Assembly (NCBI RefSeq): GCF_009914755.1 | Contig: NC_060929.1 | DNA: 64,000 bases | Source: the human T2T-CHM13v2.0 reference genome, Homo sapiens | Strand: one strand, 5' to 3' | In this document: positions 1 through 13,800 of the stretch, in pieces | Position numbering within the stretch: the stretch's first letter is position 1 | How the letters are laid out: each line of letters begins with the position of its first letter | Notes under the pieces: generated by a model | The model's input: only the letters and a program-made list of their open reading frames with translations | Told to the model about the DNA's origin: nothing | The model's database searches: none | Position numbers and translations under genes: made by a program

Positions 1-33
1 GTCTGCACGTGGATAATTTGACCACTTAGAGGC

Positions 34-50
34 CTTCGTTGGAAACGGGT
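34..50 (+). promoter_or_regulatory. CENP-B box (first copy; recurs once per ~340-bp dimer, ~189 copies in the window)
   Basis: CTTCGTTGGAAACGGGT matches the core NTTCGNNNNANNCGGGN. It lies about 42 bp upstream of each EcoRI-equivalent site (34, 373, 713, 1053...). C and D dimers carry the canonical ...CGGGA ending. Confidence 0.97.
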
Positions 51-754
51 TTTTTTCATGTAAGGCTAGACAGAAGAGTTCTCAGTAACTTCCTTGTGTT
101 GTGTGTATTCAACTCACAGAGTTGAACGATCCTTTACAGAGAGCAGACTTGTAACACTCTTTTTGTGGAATTTGCAAGTGGAGATTTCAGCCGCTTTGCA
201 GTCAAAGTAGAAAAGGAAATATCTTCCTATAAAAACTAGACAGAATGATTCTCAGAAACTCCTTTGTGATGTGTGCGTTCAACTCACAGAGTTTAACCTT
301 TCTTTTCATAGAGCAGTTAGGAAACACTCTGTTTGTAAAGTCTGCAAGTGGATATTCAGACCTCTTTGAGGCCTTCGTTGGAAACGGGTTTTTTTCATAT
401 AAGGCTAGACAGAAGAATTCCCAGTAACTTCCTTGTGTTGTGTGTGTTCAACTCACAGAGTTGAACTTTCATTTACACAGAGCAGATTTGAAACACTCTT
501 TTTGTGGAATTTGCAGGTGGAGATTTCAAGCGCTTTGAGGCCAAAGGCAGAAAAGGAAATATCTTCGTATAAAAACTAGACAGAATCATTCTCAGAAACT
601 GCTCTGCGATGTGTGCGTTCAACTCTCAGAGTTTAACTTTGCTTTTCATTCAGCAGTTTGGAAACACTCTGTTTGTAAAGTCTGCACGTGGATAATTTGA
701 CCACTTAGAGGCCTTCGTTGGAAACGGGTTTTTTTCATGTAAGGCTAGACAGAA

Positions 755-1434
755 GAATTCTCAGTAACTTCCTTGTGTTGTGTGTATTCAACTCACAGAG
801 TTGAACGATCCTTTACACAGAGCAGACTTGTAACACTCTTTTTGTGGAATTTGCAAGTGGAGATTTCAGCCGCTTTGAAGTCAAAGGTAGAAAAGGAAAT
901 ATCTTCCTATAAAAACTAGACAGAATGATTCTCAGAAACTCCTTTGTGATGTGTGCGTTCAACTCACAGAGTTTAACCTTTCTTTTCATAGAGCAGTTAG
1001 GAAACACTCTGCTTGTAAAGTCTGCAAGTGGATATTCAGCCCTCTTTGAGGCCTTCGTTGGAAACGGGTTTTTTTCATATAAGGCTAGACAGAAGAATTC
1101 CCAGTAACTTCCTTGTGTTGTGTGTGTTCAACTCACAGAGTTGAACTTTCATTTATACAGAGCAGATTTGAAACACTCTTTTTGTGGAATTTGCAAGTGG
1201 AGATTTCAAGCGCTTTGAGGCCAAAGGCAGAAAAGGAAATATCTTCGTATAAAAACTAGACAGAATCATTCTCAGAAACTGCTCTGCGATGTGTGCGTTC
1301 AACTCTCAGAGTTTAACTTTTCTTTTCATTCAGCAGTTTGGAAACACTCTGTTTGTAAAGTCTGCACGTGGATATTTTGACCACTTAGAGGCCTTCATTG
1401 GAATCGGGTTTTTTTCCTGTAAGGCTAGACAGAA
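755..1434 (+). repeat. Representative 680-bp A-B tetramer, the variable-copy internal module of the HOR
   Basis: A dimer 755-1094 followed by B' dimer 1095-1434. 680-bp steps recur in the ORF track (245/925, 2851/3531, 49394/50074). Confidence 0.9.
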
Positions 1435-4152
1435 GAATTCCCAGTAACTTCCTTGTGTTGTGTACATTCAACTCACAGAGTTGAACGTTCCCTTAGACAG
1501 AGCAGATTTGAAACACTCTTTTTGTGCAATTGGCAAGTGGAGATTTCAAGCGCTTTGAGGTCAATGGCAGAAAAGGAAATATCTTCGTTTCAAAACTAGA
1601 CAGAATCATTCCCACAAACTGCGTTGTGATGTGTTCGTTCTACTCACAGAGTGTAACCTTTCTTTTCATAGAGCAGTTAGGAAACAGTCTGTTTGAAAAT
1701 TCTGTAAGGGGATATTCTGACATCTTGTGGCCTTCGTTGGAAACGGGATTTCTTCATATTCTGCTAGACAGAAGAATTCTCAGAATCTTCCTTGTGTTGT
1801 GTGTATTCAATTCACAGAGTTGAACGATAGTTTACACAGAGCAGATTTGAAACACTCATTTGGTGGAATTTGCAAGTGGAGATTTCAGCCGCTTTGAGGT
1901 CAATGGTAGAAAAGGAAATATCTTCGTATAACAACTAGACAGAATGATTCTCAGAAACTTCTTTGTGATGTGTGTGTTCAACTCACAGTGTTTAACCTTT
2001 CTTTTCATAGAGCAGTTAGGAAACACTGTGTTTTTAAACTCTGCAAGTGGATATTCAGACCTCTTTGAGGCCTTCGTTGGAAACGGGTTTCTTCATACTG
2101 TGCTAGACAGAAGAATTCTCAGTAACTTCCTTGTGTTGTGTGTATTCAACTCACAGAGTTGAACGATCCTTTACACAGAGCAGACTTGAAACACTCTTTT
2201 TGTGGAATTTGCAAGTGGAGATTTCAGCCGCGTTGAGGTCAATGGTAGAAAAGGAAATATCTTCGTATAAAAACTAGACAGAATGATTCTCAGAAACTCC
2301 TTTGTGATGTGTGTGTTCAACTCACAGAGTTTAACATTTCTTTTCATAGAGCAGTTAGGAAACACTCTGTTTGTAAAGTCTGCAAGTGGATATTCAGACC
2401 TCTTTGAGGCCTTCGTTGGAAACGGGTTTTTTTCATATAAGGCTAGACAGAAGAATTCCCAGTAACTTCCTTGTGTTGTGTGTGTTCAACTCACAGAGTT
2501 GAACTTTCATTTACACAGAGCAGATTTGAAACACTCTTTTTGTGGAATTTGCAGGTGGAGATTTCAAGCGCTTTGAGGCCAAAGGCAGAAAAGGAAATAT
2601 CTTCGTATAAAAACTAGACAGAATCATTCTCAGAAACTGCTCTGCGATGTGTGCGTTCAACTCTCAGAGTTTAACTTTTCTTTTCATTCAGCAGTTTGGA
2701 AACACTCTGTTTGTAAAGTCTGCACGTGGATAATTTGACCACTTAGAGGCCTTCCTTGGAAACGGGTTTTTTTCATGTAAGGCTAGACAGAAGAATTCTC
2801 AGTAACTTCCTTGTGTTGTGTGTATTCAACTCACAGAGTTGAACGATCCTTTACACAGAGCAGACTTGTAACACTCTTTTTGTGGAATTTGCAAGTGGAG
2901 ATTTCAGCCGCTTTGAAGTCAAAGGTAGAAAAGGAAATATCTTCCTATAAAAACTAGACAGAATGATTCTCAGAAACTCCTTTGTGATGTGTACGTTCAA
3001 CTCACAGAGTTTAACCTTTCTTTTCATAGAGCAGTTAGGAAACACTCTGTTTGTAAAGTCTGCATGTGGATATTGAGACCTCTTTGAGGCCTTCGTTGGA
3101 AACGGGTTTTTTTCATATAAGGCTAGACAGAAGGATTCCCAGTAACTTCCTTGTGTTGTGTGTGTTCAACTCACAGAGTTGAACTTTCATTTACAAAGAG
3201 CAGATTTGAAACACTCTTTTTGTGGAATTTGCAAGTGGAGATTTCAAGCGCTTTGAGGCCAAAGGCAGAAAAGGAAATATCTTCGTATAAAAACTAGACA
3301 GAATCATTCTCAGAAACTGCTCTGCGATGTGTGCGTTCAACTCTCAGAGTTTAACTTTTCTTTTCATTCAGCAGTTTGGAAACACTCTGTTTTTAAAGTC
3401 TGCACGTGGATAATTTGACCACTTAGAGGCCTTCGTTGGAAACGGGTTTTTTTCATGTAAGGCTAGACAGAAGAATTCTCAGTAACTTCCTTGTGTTGTG
3501 TGTATTCAACTCACAGAGTTGAACGATCCTTTACACAGAGCAGACTTGTAACACTCTTTTTGTGGAATTTGCAAGTGGAGATTTCAGCCGCTTTGAAGTC
3601 AAAGGTAGAAAAGGAAATATCTTCCTATAAAAACTAGACAGAATGATTCTCAGAAACTCCTTTGTGATGTGTGGATTCAACTCACAGAGTTTAACCTTTC
3701 TTTTCATAGAGCAGTTAGGAAACACTCTGCTTGTAAAGTCTGCAAGTGGATATTCAGCCCTCTTTGAGGCCTTCGTTGGAAACGGGTTTTTTTCATATAA
3801 GGCTAGACAGAAGAATTCCCAGTAACTTCCTTGTGTTGTGTGTGTTCAACTCACAGAGTTGAACTTTCATTTACACAGAGCAGATTTGAAACACTCTTTT
3901 TGTGGAATTTGCAAGTGGAGATTTCAAGCGCTTTGAGGCCAAAGGCAGAAAAGGAAATATCTTCGTATAAAAACTAGACAGAATCATTCTCAGAAACTGC
4001 TCTGCGATGTGTGCGTTCAACTCTCAGAGTTTAACTTTTCTTTTCATTCAGTAGTTTGGAAACACTCTGTTTGTAAAGTCTGCACGTGGATATTTTGACC
4101 ACTTAGAGGCCTTCGTTGGAAACGGGTTTTTTTCCTGTAAGGCTAGACAGAA

Positions 4153-4831
4153 GAATTCCCAGTAACTTCCTTGTGTTGTGTACATTCAACTCACAGAGTT
4201 GAACGTTCCCTTAGACAGAGCAGATTTGAAACACTCTTTTTGTGCAATTGGCAAGTGGAGATTTCAAGCGCTTTAAGGTCAATGGCAGAAAAGGAAATAT
4301 CTTCGTTTCAAAACTAGACAGAATCATTCCCACAAACTGCGTTGTGATGTGTTCGTTCATCTCACAGAGTTTAACCTTTCTTTTCATAGAGCAGTTAGGA
4401 AACACTCTGTTTGTAAATTCTGTAAGTGGATATTCTGACATCTTGTGGCCTTCGTTGGAAACGGGATTTCTTCATATTCTGCTAGACAGAAGAATTCTCA
4501 GAATCTTCCTTGTGTTGTGTGTATTCAACTCACACAGTTGAACGATGGTTTACACAGAGCAGATTTGAAACACTCTTTTTGTGGAATTTGCAAGTGGAGA
4601 TTTCAGCCGCTTTGAGGTCAATGGTAGAAAAGGAAATATCTTCGTATAAAAACTAGACAGAATGATTCTCAGAAACTTCTTTGTGATGTGTGCGTTCAAC
4701 TCACAGAGTTTAACCTTTCTTTTCATAGAGCAGTTAGGAAACACTCTGTTTGTAAACTCTGCAAGTGGATATTCAGACCTCTTTGAGGCCTTCGTTGGAA
4801 ACGGGATTTCTTCATACTGTGCTAGACAGAA
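4153..4831 (+). repeat. Representative C-D module (679 bp) that punctuates the A-B runs
   Basis: C dimer 4153-4491 (339 bp; GTTCCCTTAG, GACATCTTGTGG) followed by D dimer 4492-4831 (GAATCTTCC, GATGGTTTAC, CATACTGTGC). Confidence 0.9.
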
Positions 4832-7800
4832 GAATTCTCAGTAACTTCCTTGTGTTGTGTGTATTCAACTCACAGAGTTGAACGATCCTTTACACAGAGC
4901 AGACTTGTAACACTCTTTTTGTGGAATTTGCAAGTGGAGATTTCAGCCGCTTTGAAGTCAAATGTAGAAAAGGAAATATCTTCCTATAAAAACTAGACAG
5001 AATGATTCTCAGAAACTCCTTTGTGATGTGTGCGTTCAACTCACAGAGTTTAACCTTTCTTTTCATAGAGCAGTTAGGAAACACTCTGTTTGTAAAGTCT
5101 GCAAGTGGATATTCAGCCCTCTTTGAGGCCTTCGTTGGAAACGGGTTTTTTTCATATAAGGCTAGACAGAAGAATTCCCAGTAACTTCCTTGTGTTGTGT
5201 GTGTTCAACTCACAGAGTTGAACTTTCATTTACACAGAGCAGATTTGAAACACTCTTTTTGTGGAATTTGCAAGTGGAGATTTCAAGCGCTTTGAGGCCA
5301 AAGGCAGAAAAGGAAATATCTTCGTATAAAAACTAGACAGAATCATTCTCAGAAACTGCTCTGTGATGTGTGCGTTCAACTCTCAGAGTTTAACTTTTCT
5401 TTTCATTCAGCAGTTTGGAAACACTCTGTTTCTAAAGTCTGCACGTGGATAATTTGACCACTTAGAGGCCTTCGTTGGAAACGGGTTTTTTTCATGTAAG
5501 GCTAGACAGAAGAGTTCTCAGTAACTTCCTTGTGTTGTGTGTATTCAACTCACAGAGTTGAACGATCCTTTACAGAGAGCAGACTTGTAACACTCTTTTT
5601 GTGGAATTTGCAAGTGGAGATTTCAGCCGCTTTGCAGTCAAAGTAGAAAAGGAAATATCTTCCTATAAAAACTAGACAGAATGATTCTCAGAAACTCCTT
5701 TGTGATGTGTGCGTTCAACTCACAGAGTTTAACCTTTCTTTTCATAGAGCAGTTAGGAAACACTCTGTTTGTAAAGTCTGCAAGTGGATATTCAGACCTC
5801 TTTGAGGCCTTCGTTGGAAACGGGTTTTTTTCATATAAGGCTAGACAGAAGAATTCCCAGTAACTTCCTTGTGTTGTGTGTGTTCAACTCACAGAGTTGA
5901 ACTTTCATTTACACAGAGCAGATTTGAAACACTCTTTTTGTGGAATTTGCAGGTGGAGATTTCAAGCGCTTTGAGGCCAAAGGCAGAAAAGGAAATATCT
6001 TCGTATAAAAACTAGACAGAATCATTCTCAGAAACTGCTCTGCGATGTGTGCGTTCAACTCTCAGAGTTTAACTTTGCTTTTCATTCAGCAGTTTGGAAA
6101 CACTCTGTTTGTAAAGTCTGCACGTGGATAATTTGACCACTTAGAGGCCTTCGTTGGAAACGGGTTTTTTTCATGTAAGGCTAGACAGAAGAATTCTCAG
6201 TAACTTCCTTGTGTTGTGTGTATTCAACTCACAGAGTTGAACGATCCTTTACACAGAGCAGACTTGTAACACTCTTTTTGTGGAATTTGCAAGTGGAGAT
6301 TTCAGCCGCTTTGAAGTCAAAGGTAGAAAAGGAAATATCTTCCTATAAAAACTAGACAGAATGATTCTCAGAAACTCCTTTGTGATGTGTGCGTTCAACT
6401 CACAGAGTTTAACCTTTCTTTTCATAGAGCAGTTAGGAAACACTCTGCTTGTAAAGTCTGCAAGTGGATATTCAGCCCTCTTTGAGGCCTTCGTTGGAAA
6501 CGGGTTTTTTTCATATAAGGCTAGACAGAAGAATTCCCAGTAACTTCCTTGTGTTGTGTGTGTTCAACTCACAGAGTTGAACTTTCATTTACACAGAGCA
6601 GATTTGAAACACTCTTTTTGTGGAATTTGCAAGTGGAGATTTCAAGCGCTTTGAGGCCAAAGGCAGAAAAGGAAATATCTTCGTATAAAAACTAGACAGA
6701 ATCATTCTCAGAAACTGCTCTGCGATGTGTGCGTTCAACTCTCAGAGTTTAACTTTTCTTTTCATTCAGCAGTTTGGAAACACTCTGTTTGTAAAGTCTG
6801 CACGTGGATATTTTGACCACTTAGAGGCCTTCATTGGAATCGGGTTTTTTTCCTGTAAGGCTAGACAGAAGAATTCCCAGTAACTTCCTTGTGTTGTGTA
6901 CATTCAACTCACAGAGTTGAACGTTCCCTTAGACAGAGCAGATTTGAAACACTCTTTTTGTGCAATTGGCAAGTGGAGATTTCAAGCGCTTTGAGGTCAA
7001 TGGCAGAAAAGGAAATATCTTCGTTTCAAAACTAGACAGAATCATTCCCACAAACTGCGTTGTGATGTGTTCGTTCTACTCACAGAGTGTAACCTTTCTT
7101 TTCATAGAGCAGTTAGGAAACAGTCTGTTTGAAAATTCTGTAAGGGGATATTCTGACATCTTGTGGCCTTCGTTGGAAACGGGATTTCTTCATATTCTGC
7201 TAGACAGAAGAATTCTCAGAATCTTCCTTGTGTTGTGTGTATTCAATTCACAGAGTTGAACGATAGTTTACACAGAGCAGATTTGAAACACTCATTTGGT
7301 GGAATTTGCAAGTGGAGATTTCAGCCGCTTTGAGGTCAATGGTAGAAAAGGAAATATCTTCGTATAACAACTAGACAGAATGATTCTCAGAAACTTCTTT
7401 GTGATGTGTGTGTTCAACTCACAGTGTTTAACCTTTCTTTTCATAGAGCAGTTAGGAAACACTGTGTTTTTAAACTCTGCAAGTGGATATTCAGACCTCT
7501 TTGAGGCCTTCGTTGGAAACGGGTTTCTTCATACTGTGCTAGACAGAAGAATTCTCAGTAACTTCCTTGTGTTGTGTGTATTCAACTCACAGAGTTGAAC
7601 GATCCTTTACACAGAGCAGACTTGAAACACTCTTTTTGTGGAATTTGCAAGTGGAGATTTCAGCCGCGTTGAGGTCAATGGTAGAAAAGGAAATATCTTC
7701 GTATAAAAACTAGACAGAATGATTCTCAGAAACTCCTTTGTGATGTGTGTGTTCAACTCACAGAGTTTAACATTTCTTTTCATAGAGCAGTTAGGAAACA

Positions 7801-10800
7801 CTCTGTTTGTAAAGTCTGCAAGTGGATATTCAGACCTCTTTGAGGCCTTCGTTGGAAACGGGTTTTTTTCATATAAGGCTAGACAGAAGAATTCCCAGTA
7901 ACTTCCTTGTGTTGTGTGTGTTCAACTCACAGAGTTGAACTTTCATTTACACAGAGCAGATTTGAAACACTCTTTTTGTGGAATTTGCAGGTGGAGATTT
8001 CAAGCGCTTTGAGGCCAAAGGCAGAAAAGGAAATATCTTCGTATAAAAACTAGACAGAATCATTCTCAGAAACTGCTCTGCGATGTGTGCGTTCAACTCT
8101 CAGAGTTTAACTTTTCTTTTCATTCAGCAGTTTGGAAACACTCTGTTTGTAAAGTCTGCACGTGGATAATTTGACCACTTAGAGGCCTTCCTTGGAAACG
8201 GGTTTTTTTCATGTAAGGCTAGACAGAAGAATTCTCAGTAACTTCCTTGTGTTGTGTGTATTCAACTCACAGAGTTGAACGATCCTTTACACAGAGCAGA
8301 CTTGTAACACTCTTTTTGTGGAATTTGCAAGTGGAGATTTCAGCCGCTTTGAAGTCAAAGGTAGAAAAGGAAATATCTTCCTATAAAAACTAGACAGAAT
8401 GATTCTCAGAAACTCCTTTGTGATGTGTACGTTCAACTCACAGAGTTTAACCTTTCTTTTCATAGAGCAGTTAGGAAACACTCTGTTTGTAAAGTCTGCA
8501 TGTGGATATTGAGACCTCTTTGAGGCCTTCGTTGGAAACGGGTTTTTTTCATATAAGGCTAGACAGAAGGATTCCCAGTAACTTCCTTGTGTTGTGTGTG
8601 TTCAACTCACAGAGTTGAACTTTCATTTACAAAGAGCAGATTTGAAACACTCTTTTTGTGGAATTTGCAAGTGGAGATTTCAAGCGCTTTGAGGCCAAAG
8701 GCAGAAAAGGAAATATCTTCGTATAAAAACTAGACAGAATCATTCTCAGAAACTGCTCTGCGATGTGTGCGTTCAACTCTCAGAGTTTAACTTTTCTTTT
8801 CATTCAGCAGTTTGGAAACACTCTGTTTTTAAAGTCTGCACGTGGATAATTTGACCACTTAGAGGCCTTCGTTGGAAACGGGTTTTTTTCATGTAAGGCT
8901 AGACAGAAGAATTCTCAGTAACTTCCTTGTGTTGTGTGTATTCAACTCACAGAGTTGAACGATCCTTTACACAGAGCAGACTTGTAACACTCTTTTTGTG
9001 GAATTTGCAAGTGGAGATTTCAGCCGCTTTGAAGTCAAAGGTAGAAAAGGAAATATCTTCCTATAAAAACTAGACAGAATGATTCTCAGAAACTCCTTTG
9101 TGATGTGTGGATTCAACTCACAGAGTTTAACCTTTCTTTTCATAGAGCAGTTAGGAAACACTCTGCTTGTAAAGTCTGCAAGTGGATATTCAGCCCTCTT
9201 TGAGGCCTTCGTTGGAAACGGGTTTTTTTCATATAAGGCTAGACAGAAGAATTCCCAGTAACTTCCTTGTGTTGTGTGTGTTCAACTCACAGAGTTGAAC
9301 TTTCATTTACACAGAGCAGATTTGAAACACTCTTTTTGTGGAATTTGCAAGTGGAGATTTCAAGCGCTTTGAGGCCAAAGGCAGAAAAGGAAATATCTTC
9401 GTATAAAAACTAGACAGAATCATTCTCAGAAACTGCTCTGCGATGTGTGCGTTCAACTCTCAGAGTTTAACTTTTCTTTTCATTCAGTAGTTTGGAAACA
9501 CTCTGTTTGTAAAGTCTGCACGTGGATATTTTGACCACTTAGAGGCCTTCGTTGGAAACGGGTTTTTTTCCTGTAAGGCTAGACAGAAGAATTCCCAGTA
9601 ACTTCCTTGTGTTGTGTACATTCAACTCACAGAGTTGAACGTTCCCTTAGACAGAGCAGATTTGAAACACTCTTTTTGTGCAATTGGCAAGTGGAGATTT
9701 CAAGCGCTTTAAGGTCAATGGCAGAAAAGGAAATATCTTCGTTTCAAAACTAGACAGAATCATTCCCACAAACTGCGTTGTGATGTGTTCGTTCATCTCA
9801 CAGAGTTTAACCTTTCTTTTCATAGAGCAGTTAGGAAACACTCTGTTTGTAAATTCTGTAAGTGGATATTCTGACATCTTGTGGCCTTCGTTGGAAACGG
9901 GATTTCTTCATATTCTGCTAGACAGAAGAATTCTCAGAATCTTCCTTGTGTTGTGTGTATTCAACTCACACAGTTGAACGATGGTTTACACAGAGCAGAT
10001 TTGAAACACTCTTTTTGTGGAATTTGCAAGTGGAGATTTCAGCCGCTTTGAGGTCAATGGTAGAAAAGGAAATATCTTCGTATAAAAACTAGACAGAATG
10101 ATTCTCAGAAACTTCTTTGTGATGTGTGCGTTCAACTCACAGAGTTTAACCTTTCTTTTCATAGAGCAGTTAGGAAACACTCTGTTTGTAAACTCTGCAA
10201 GTGGATATTCAGACCTCTTTGAGGCCTTCGTTGGAAACGGGATTTCTTCATACTGTGCTAGACAGAAGAATTCTCAGTAACTTCCTTGTGTTGTGTGTAT
10301 TCAACTCACAGAGTTGACCGATCCTTTACACAGAGCAGACTTGTAACACTCTTTTTGTGGAATTTGCAAGTGGAGATTTCAGCCGCTTTGAAGTCAAAGG
10401 TAGAAAAGGGAATATCTTCATATAAAAACTAGACAGAATGATTCTCAGAAACTCCTTTGTGATGTGTGCGTTCAACTCACAGAGTTTAACCTTTCTTTTC
10501 ATAGAGCACTTAGGAAACACTCTGTTTCTAAAGTCTGCAAGTGGATATTCAGACCTCTTTGAGGCCTTCGTTGGAAACGGGTTTTTTTCATATAAGGCTA
10601 GAGAGAAGAATTCCCAGTAACTTCCTTGTGTTGTGTGTGTTCAACTCACAGAGTTGAACTTTCATTTACACAGAGCAGATTTGAAACACTCTTTTTGTGG
10701 AATTTGCAAGTGGAAATTTCAAGCGCTGTGAGGCCAAAGGCAGAAAAGGAAATATCTTCGTATAAAAACTAGACAGAATCATTCTCAGAAACTGCTCTGC

Positions 10801-13800
10801 GATGTGTGCGTTCAACTCTCAGAGTTTAACTTTTCTTTTCATTCAGCAGTTTGGAAACACTTTGTTTGTAAAGTCTGCACGTGGATAATTTGACCACTTA
10901 GAGGCCTTCGTTGGAAACGGGTTTTTTTCATGTAAGGCTAGACAGAAGAATTCTCAGTAACTTCCTTGTGTTTTGTGTATTCAACTCACACAGTTGAACG
11001 ATCCTTTACACAAAGCAGACTTGTAACACTCTTTTTGTGGAATTTGCAAGTGGAGATTTCAGCCGCTTTGAAGTCAAATGTAGAAAAGGAAATATCTTCC
11101 TATAAAAACTAGACAGAATGATTCTCAGAAACTCCTTTGTGATGTGTGCGTTCAACTCACAGAGTTTAACCTTTCTTTTCATAGAGCAGTTAGGAAACAC
11201 TCTGTTTGTAAAGTCTGCAAGTGGATATTCAGACCTGTTTGAGGCCTTCGTTGGAAACGGGTTTTTTTCATATAAGGCTAGACAGAAGAATTCCCAGTAA
11301 CTTCCTTGTGTTGTGTGTGTTCAACTCACAGAGTTGAACTTTCATTTACACAGAGCAGATTTGAAACACTCTTTTTGTGGAATTTGCAAGTGGAGATTTC
11401 AAGCGCTTTGAGGCCAAAGGCAGAAAAGGAAATATCTTCGTATAAAAACTAGACAGAATCATTCTCAGAAACTGCTCTGTGATGTGTGCGTTCAACTCTC
11501 AGAGTTTAACTTTTCTTTTCATTCAGCAGTTTGGAAACACTCTGTTTGTAAAGTCTGCACGTGGATAATTTGACCACTTAGAGGCCTTCGTTGGAAACGG
11601 GTTTTTTTCATGTAAGGCTAGACAGAAGAGTTCTCAGTAACTTCCTTGTGTTGTGTGTATTCAACTCACACAGTTGAACGATCCTTTACACAGAGCAGAC
11701 TTGTAACACTCTTTTTGTGGAATTTGCAAGTGGAGATTTCAGCCGCTTTGAAGTCAAAGTAGAAAAGGAAATATCTTCCAATAAAAACTAGACAGAATGA
11801 TTCTCAGAAACTCCTTTGTGATGTGTGCGTTCAACTCACAGAGTTTAACCTTTCTTTTCATAGAGCAGTTAGGAAACACTCTGTTTGTAAAGTCTGCAAG
11901 TGGATATTCAGACCTCTTTGAGGCCTTCGTTGGAAACGGGTTTTTTTCATATAAGGCTAGACAGAAGAATTCCCAGTAACTTCCTTGTGTTGTGTGTGTT
12001 CAACTCACAGAGTTGAACTTTCATTTACACAGAGCAGATTTGAAACACTCTTTTTGTGGAATTTGCAGGTGGAGATTTCAAGCGCTTTGAGGCCAAAGGC
12101 AGAAAAGGAAATATCTTCGTATAAAAACTAGACAGAATCATTCTCAGAAACTGCTCTGCGATGTGTGCGTTCAACTCTCAGAGTTTAACTTTTCTTTTCA
12201 TTCAGCAGTTTGGAAACACTCTGTTTGTAAAGTCTGCACGTGGATAATTTGACCACTTAGAGGCCTTCGTTGGAAACGGGTTTTTTTCATGTAAGGCTAG
12301 ACAGAAGAATTCTCAGTAACTTCCTTGTGTTGTGTGTATTCAACTCACAGAGTTGAACGATCCTTTACACAGAGCAGACTTGTAACACTCTTTTTGTGGA
12401 ATTTGCAAGTGGAGATTTCAGCCGCTTTGAAGTCAAAGGTAGAAAAGGAAATATCTTCCTATAAAAACTAGACAGAATGATTCTCAGAAACTCCTTTGTG
12501 ATGTGTGCGTTCAACTCACAGAGTTTAACCTTTCTTTTCATAGAGCAGTTAGGAAACACTCTGCTTGTAAAGTCTGCAAGTGGATATTCAGCCCTCTTTG
12601 AGGCCTTCGTTGGAAACGGGTTTTTTTCATATAAGGCTAGACAGAAGAATTCCCAGTAACTTCCTTGTGTTGTGTGCGTTCAACTCACAGAGTTGAACTT
12701 TGATTTACACAGAGCAGATTTGAAACACTCTTTTTGTGGAATTTGCAAGTGGAGATTTCAAGCGCTTTGAGGCCAAAGGCAGAAAAGGAAATATCTTCGT
12801 ATAAAAACTAGACAGAATCATTCTCAGAAACTGCTCTGCGATGTGTGCGTTCAACTCTCAGAGTTTAACTTTTCTTTTCATTCAGCAGTTTGGAAACACT
12901 CTGTTTGTAAAGTCTGCACGTGGATATTTTGACCACTTAGAGGCCTTCGTTGGAAACGGGTTTTTTTCCTGTAAGGCTAGACAGAAGAATTCCCAGTAAC
13001 TTCCTTGTGTTGTGTACATTCAACTCACAGAGTTGAAAGTTCCCTTAGACAGAGCAGATTTGAAACACTCTTTTTGTGCCATTGGCAAGTGGAGATTTCA
13101 AGCGCTTTAAGGTCAATGGCAGAAAAGGAAATATCTTCGTTTCAAAACTAGACAGAATCATTCCCACAAACTGCGTTGTGATGTGTTCGTTCATCTCACA
13201 GAGTTTAACCTTTCTTTTCATAGAGCAGTTAGGAAACACTCTGTTTGTAAATTCTGTAAGTGGATATTCTGACATCTTGTGGCCTTCGTTGGAAAAGGGA
13301 TTTCTTCATCTTCTGCTAGACAGAAGAATTCTCAGAATCTTCCTTGTGTTGTGTGTATTCAACTCACACAGTTGAACGATGGTTTACACAGAGCAGATTT
13401 GAAACACTCTTTTTGTGGAATTGGAAGTGGAGATTTCAGCCGCTTTGAGGTCAATGGTAGAAAAGGAAATATCTTCGTATAAAAACTAGACAGAATGATT
13501 CTCAGAAACTTCTTTGTGATGTGTGCGTTCAACTCACAGAGTTTAACCTTTCTTTTCATAGAGCAGTTAGGAAACACTCTGTTTGTAAACTCTGCAAGTG
13601 GATATTCAGACCTCTTTGAGGCCTTCGTTGGAAACGGGATTTCTTCATACTGTGCTAGACAGAAGAATTCTCAGTAACTTCCTTGTGTTGTGTGTATTCA
13701 ACTCACAGAGTTGAACGATCCTTTACACAGAGCAGACTTGAAACACTCTTTTTGTGGAATTTGCAAGTGGAGATTTCAGCCGCGTTGAGGTCAATGGTAG

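Larger units (their letters stand above)
1..10317 (+). repeat. Near-perfect tandem duplication, period 5436 bp (32 monomers)
   Basis: ORFs at 245/5681, 1524/6960, 3643/9079 and 4662/10098 are all offset by 5436 with identical translations. Rare variants are shared (CTTCATTGGAATCGGG at 1393/6829; CTTCCTTGG at 2751/8187). The match ends at 4882/10318. Confidence 0.93.

Noticed and set aside
6-11. E-box CACGTG in B dimers
   Set aside because: A 6-bp motif carried passively by the repeat; nothing in the sequence supports a regulatory role.
881-900. pJalpha-like site (CAAAGGTAGAAAAGGAA) in the box-less monomer
   Set aside because: It is the expected positional counterpart of the CENP-B box in A-type monomers but only a degenerate match, so function cannot be supported.
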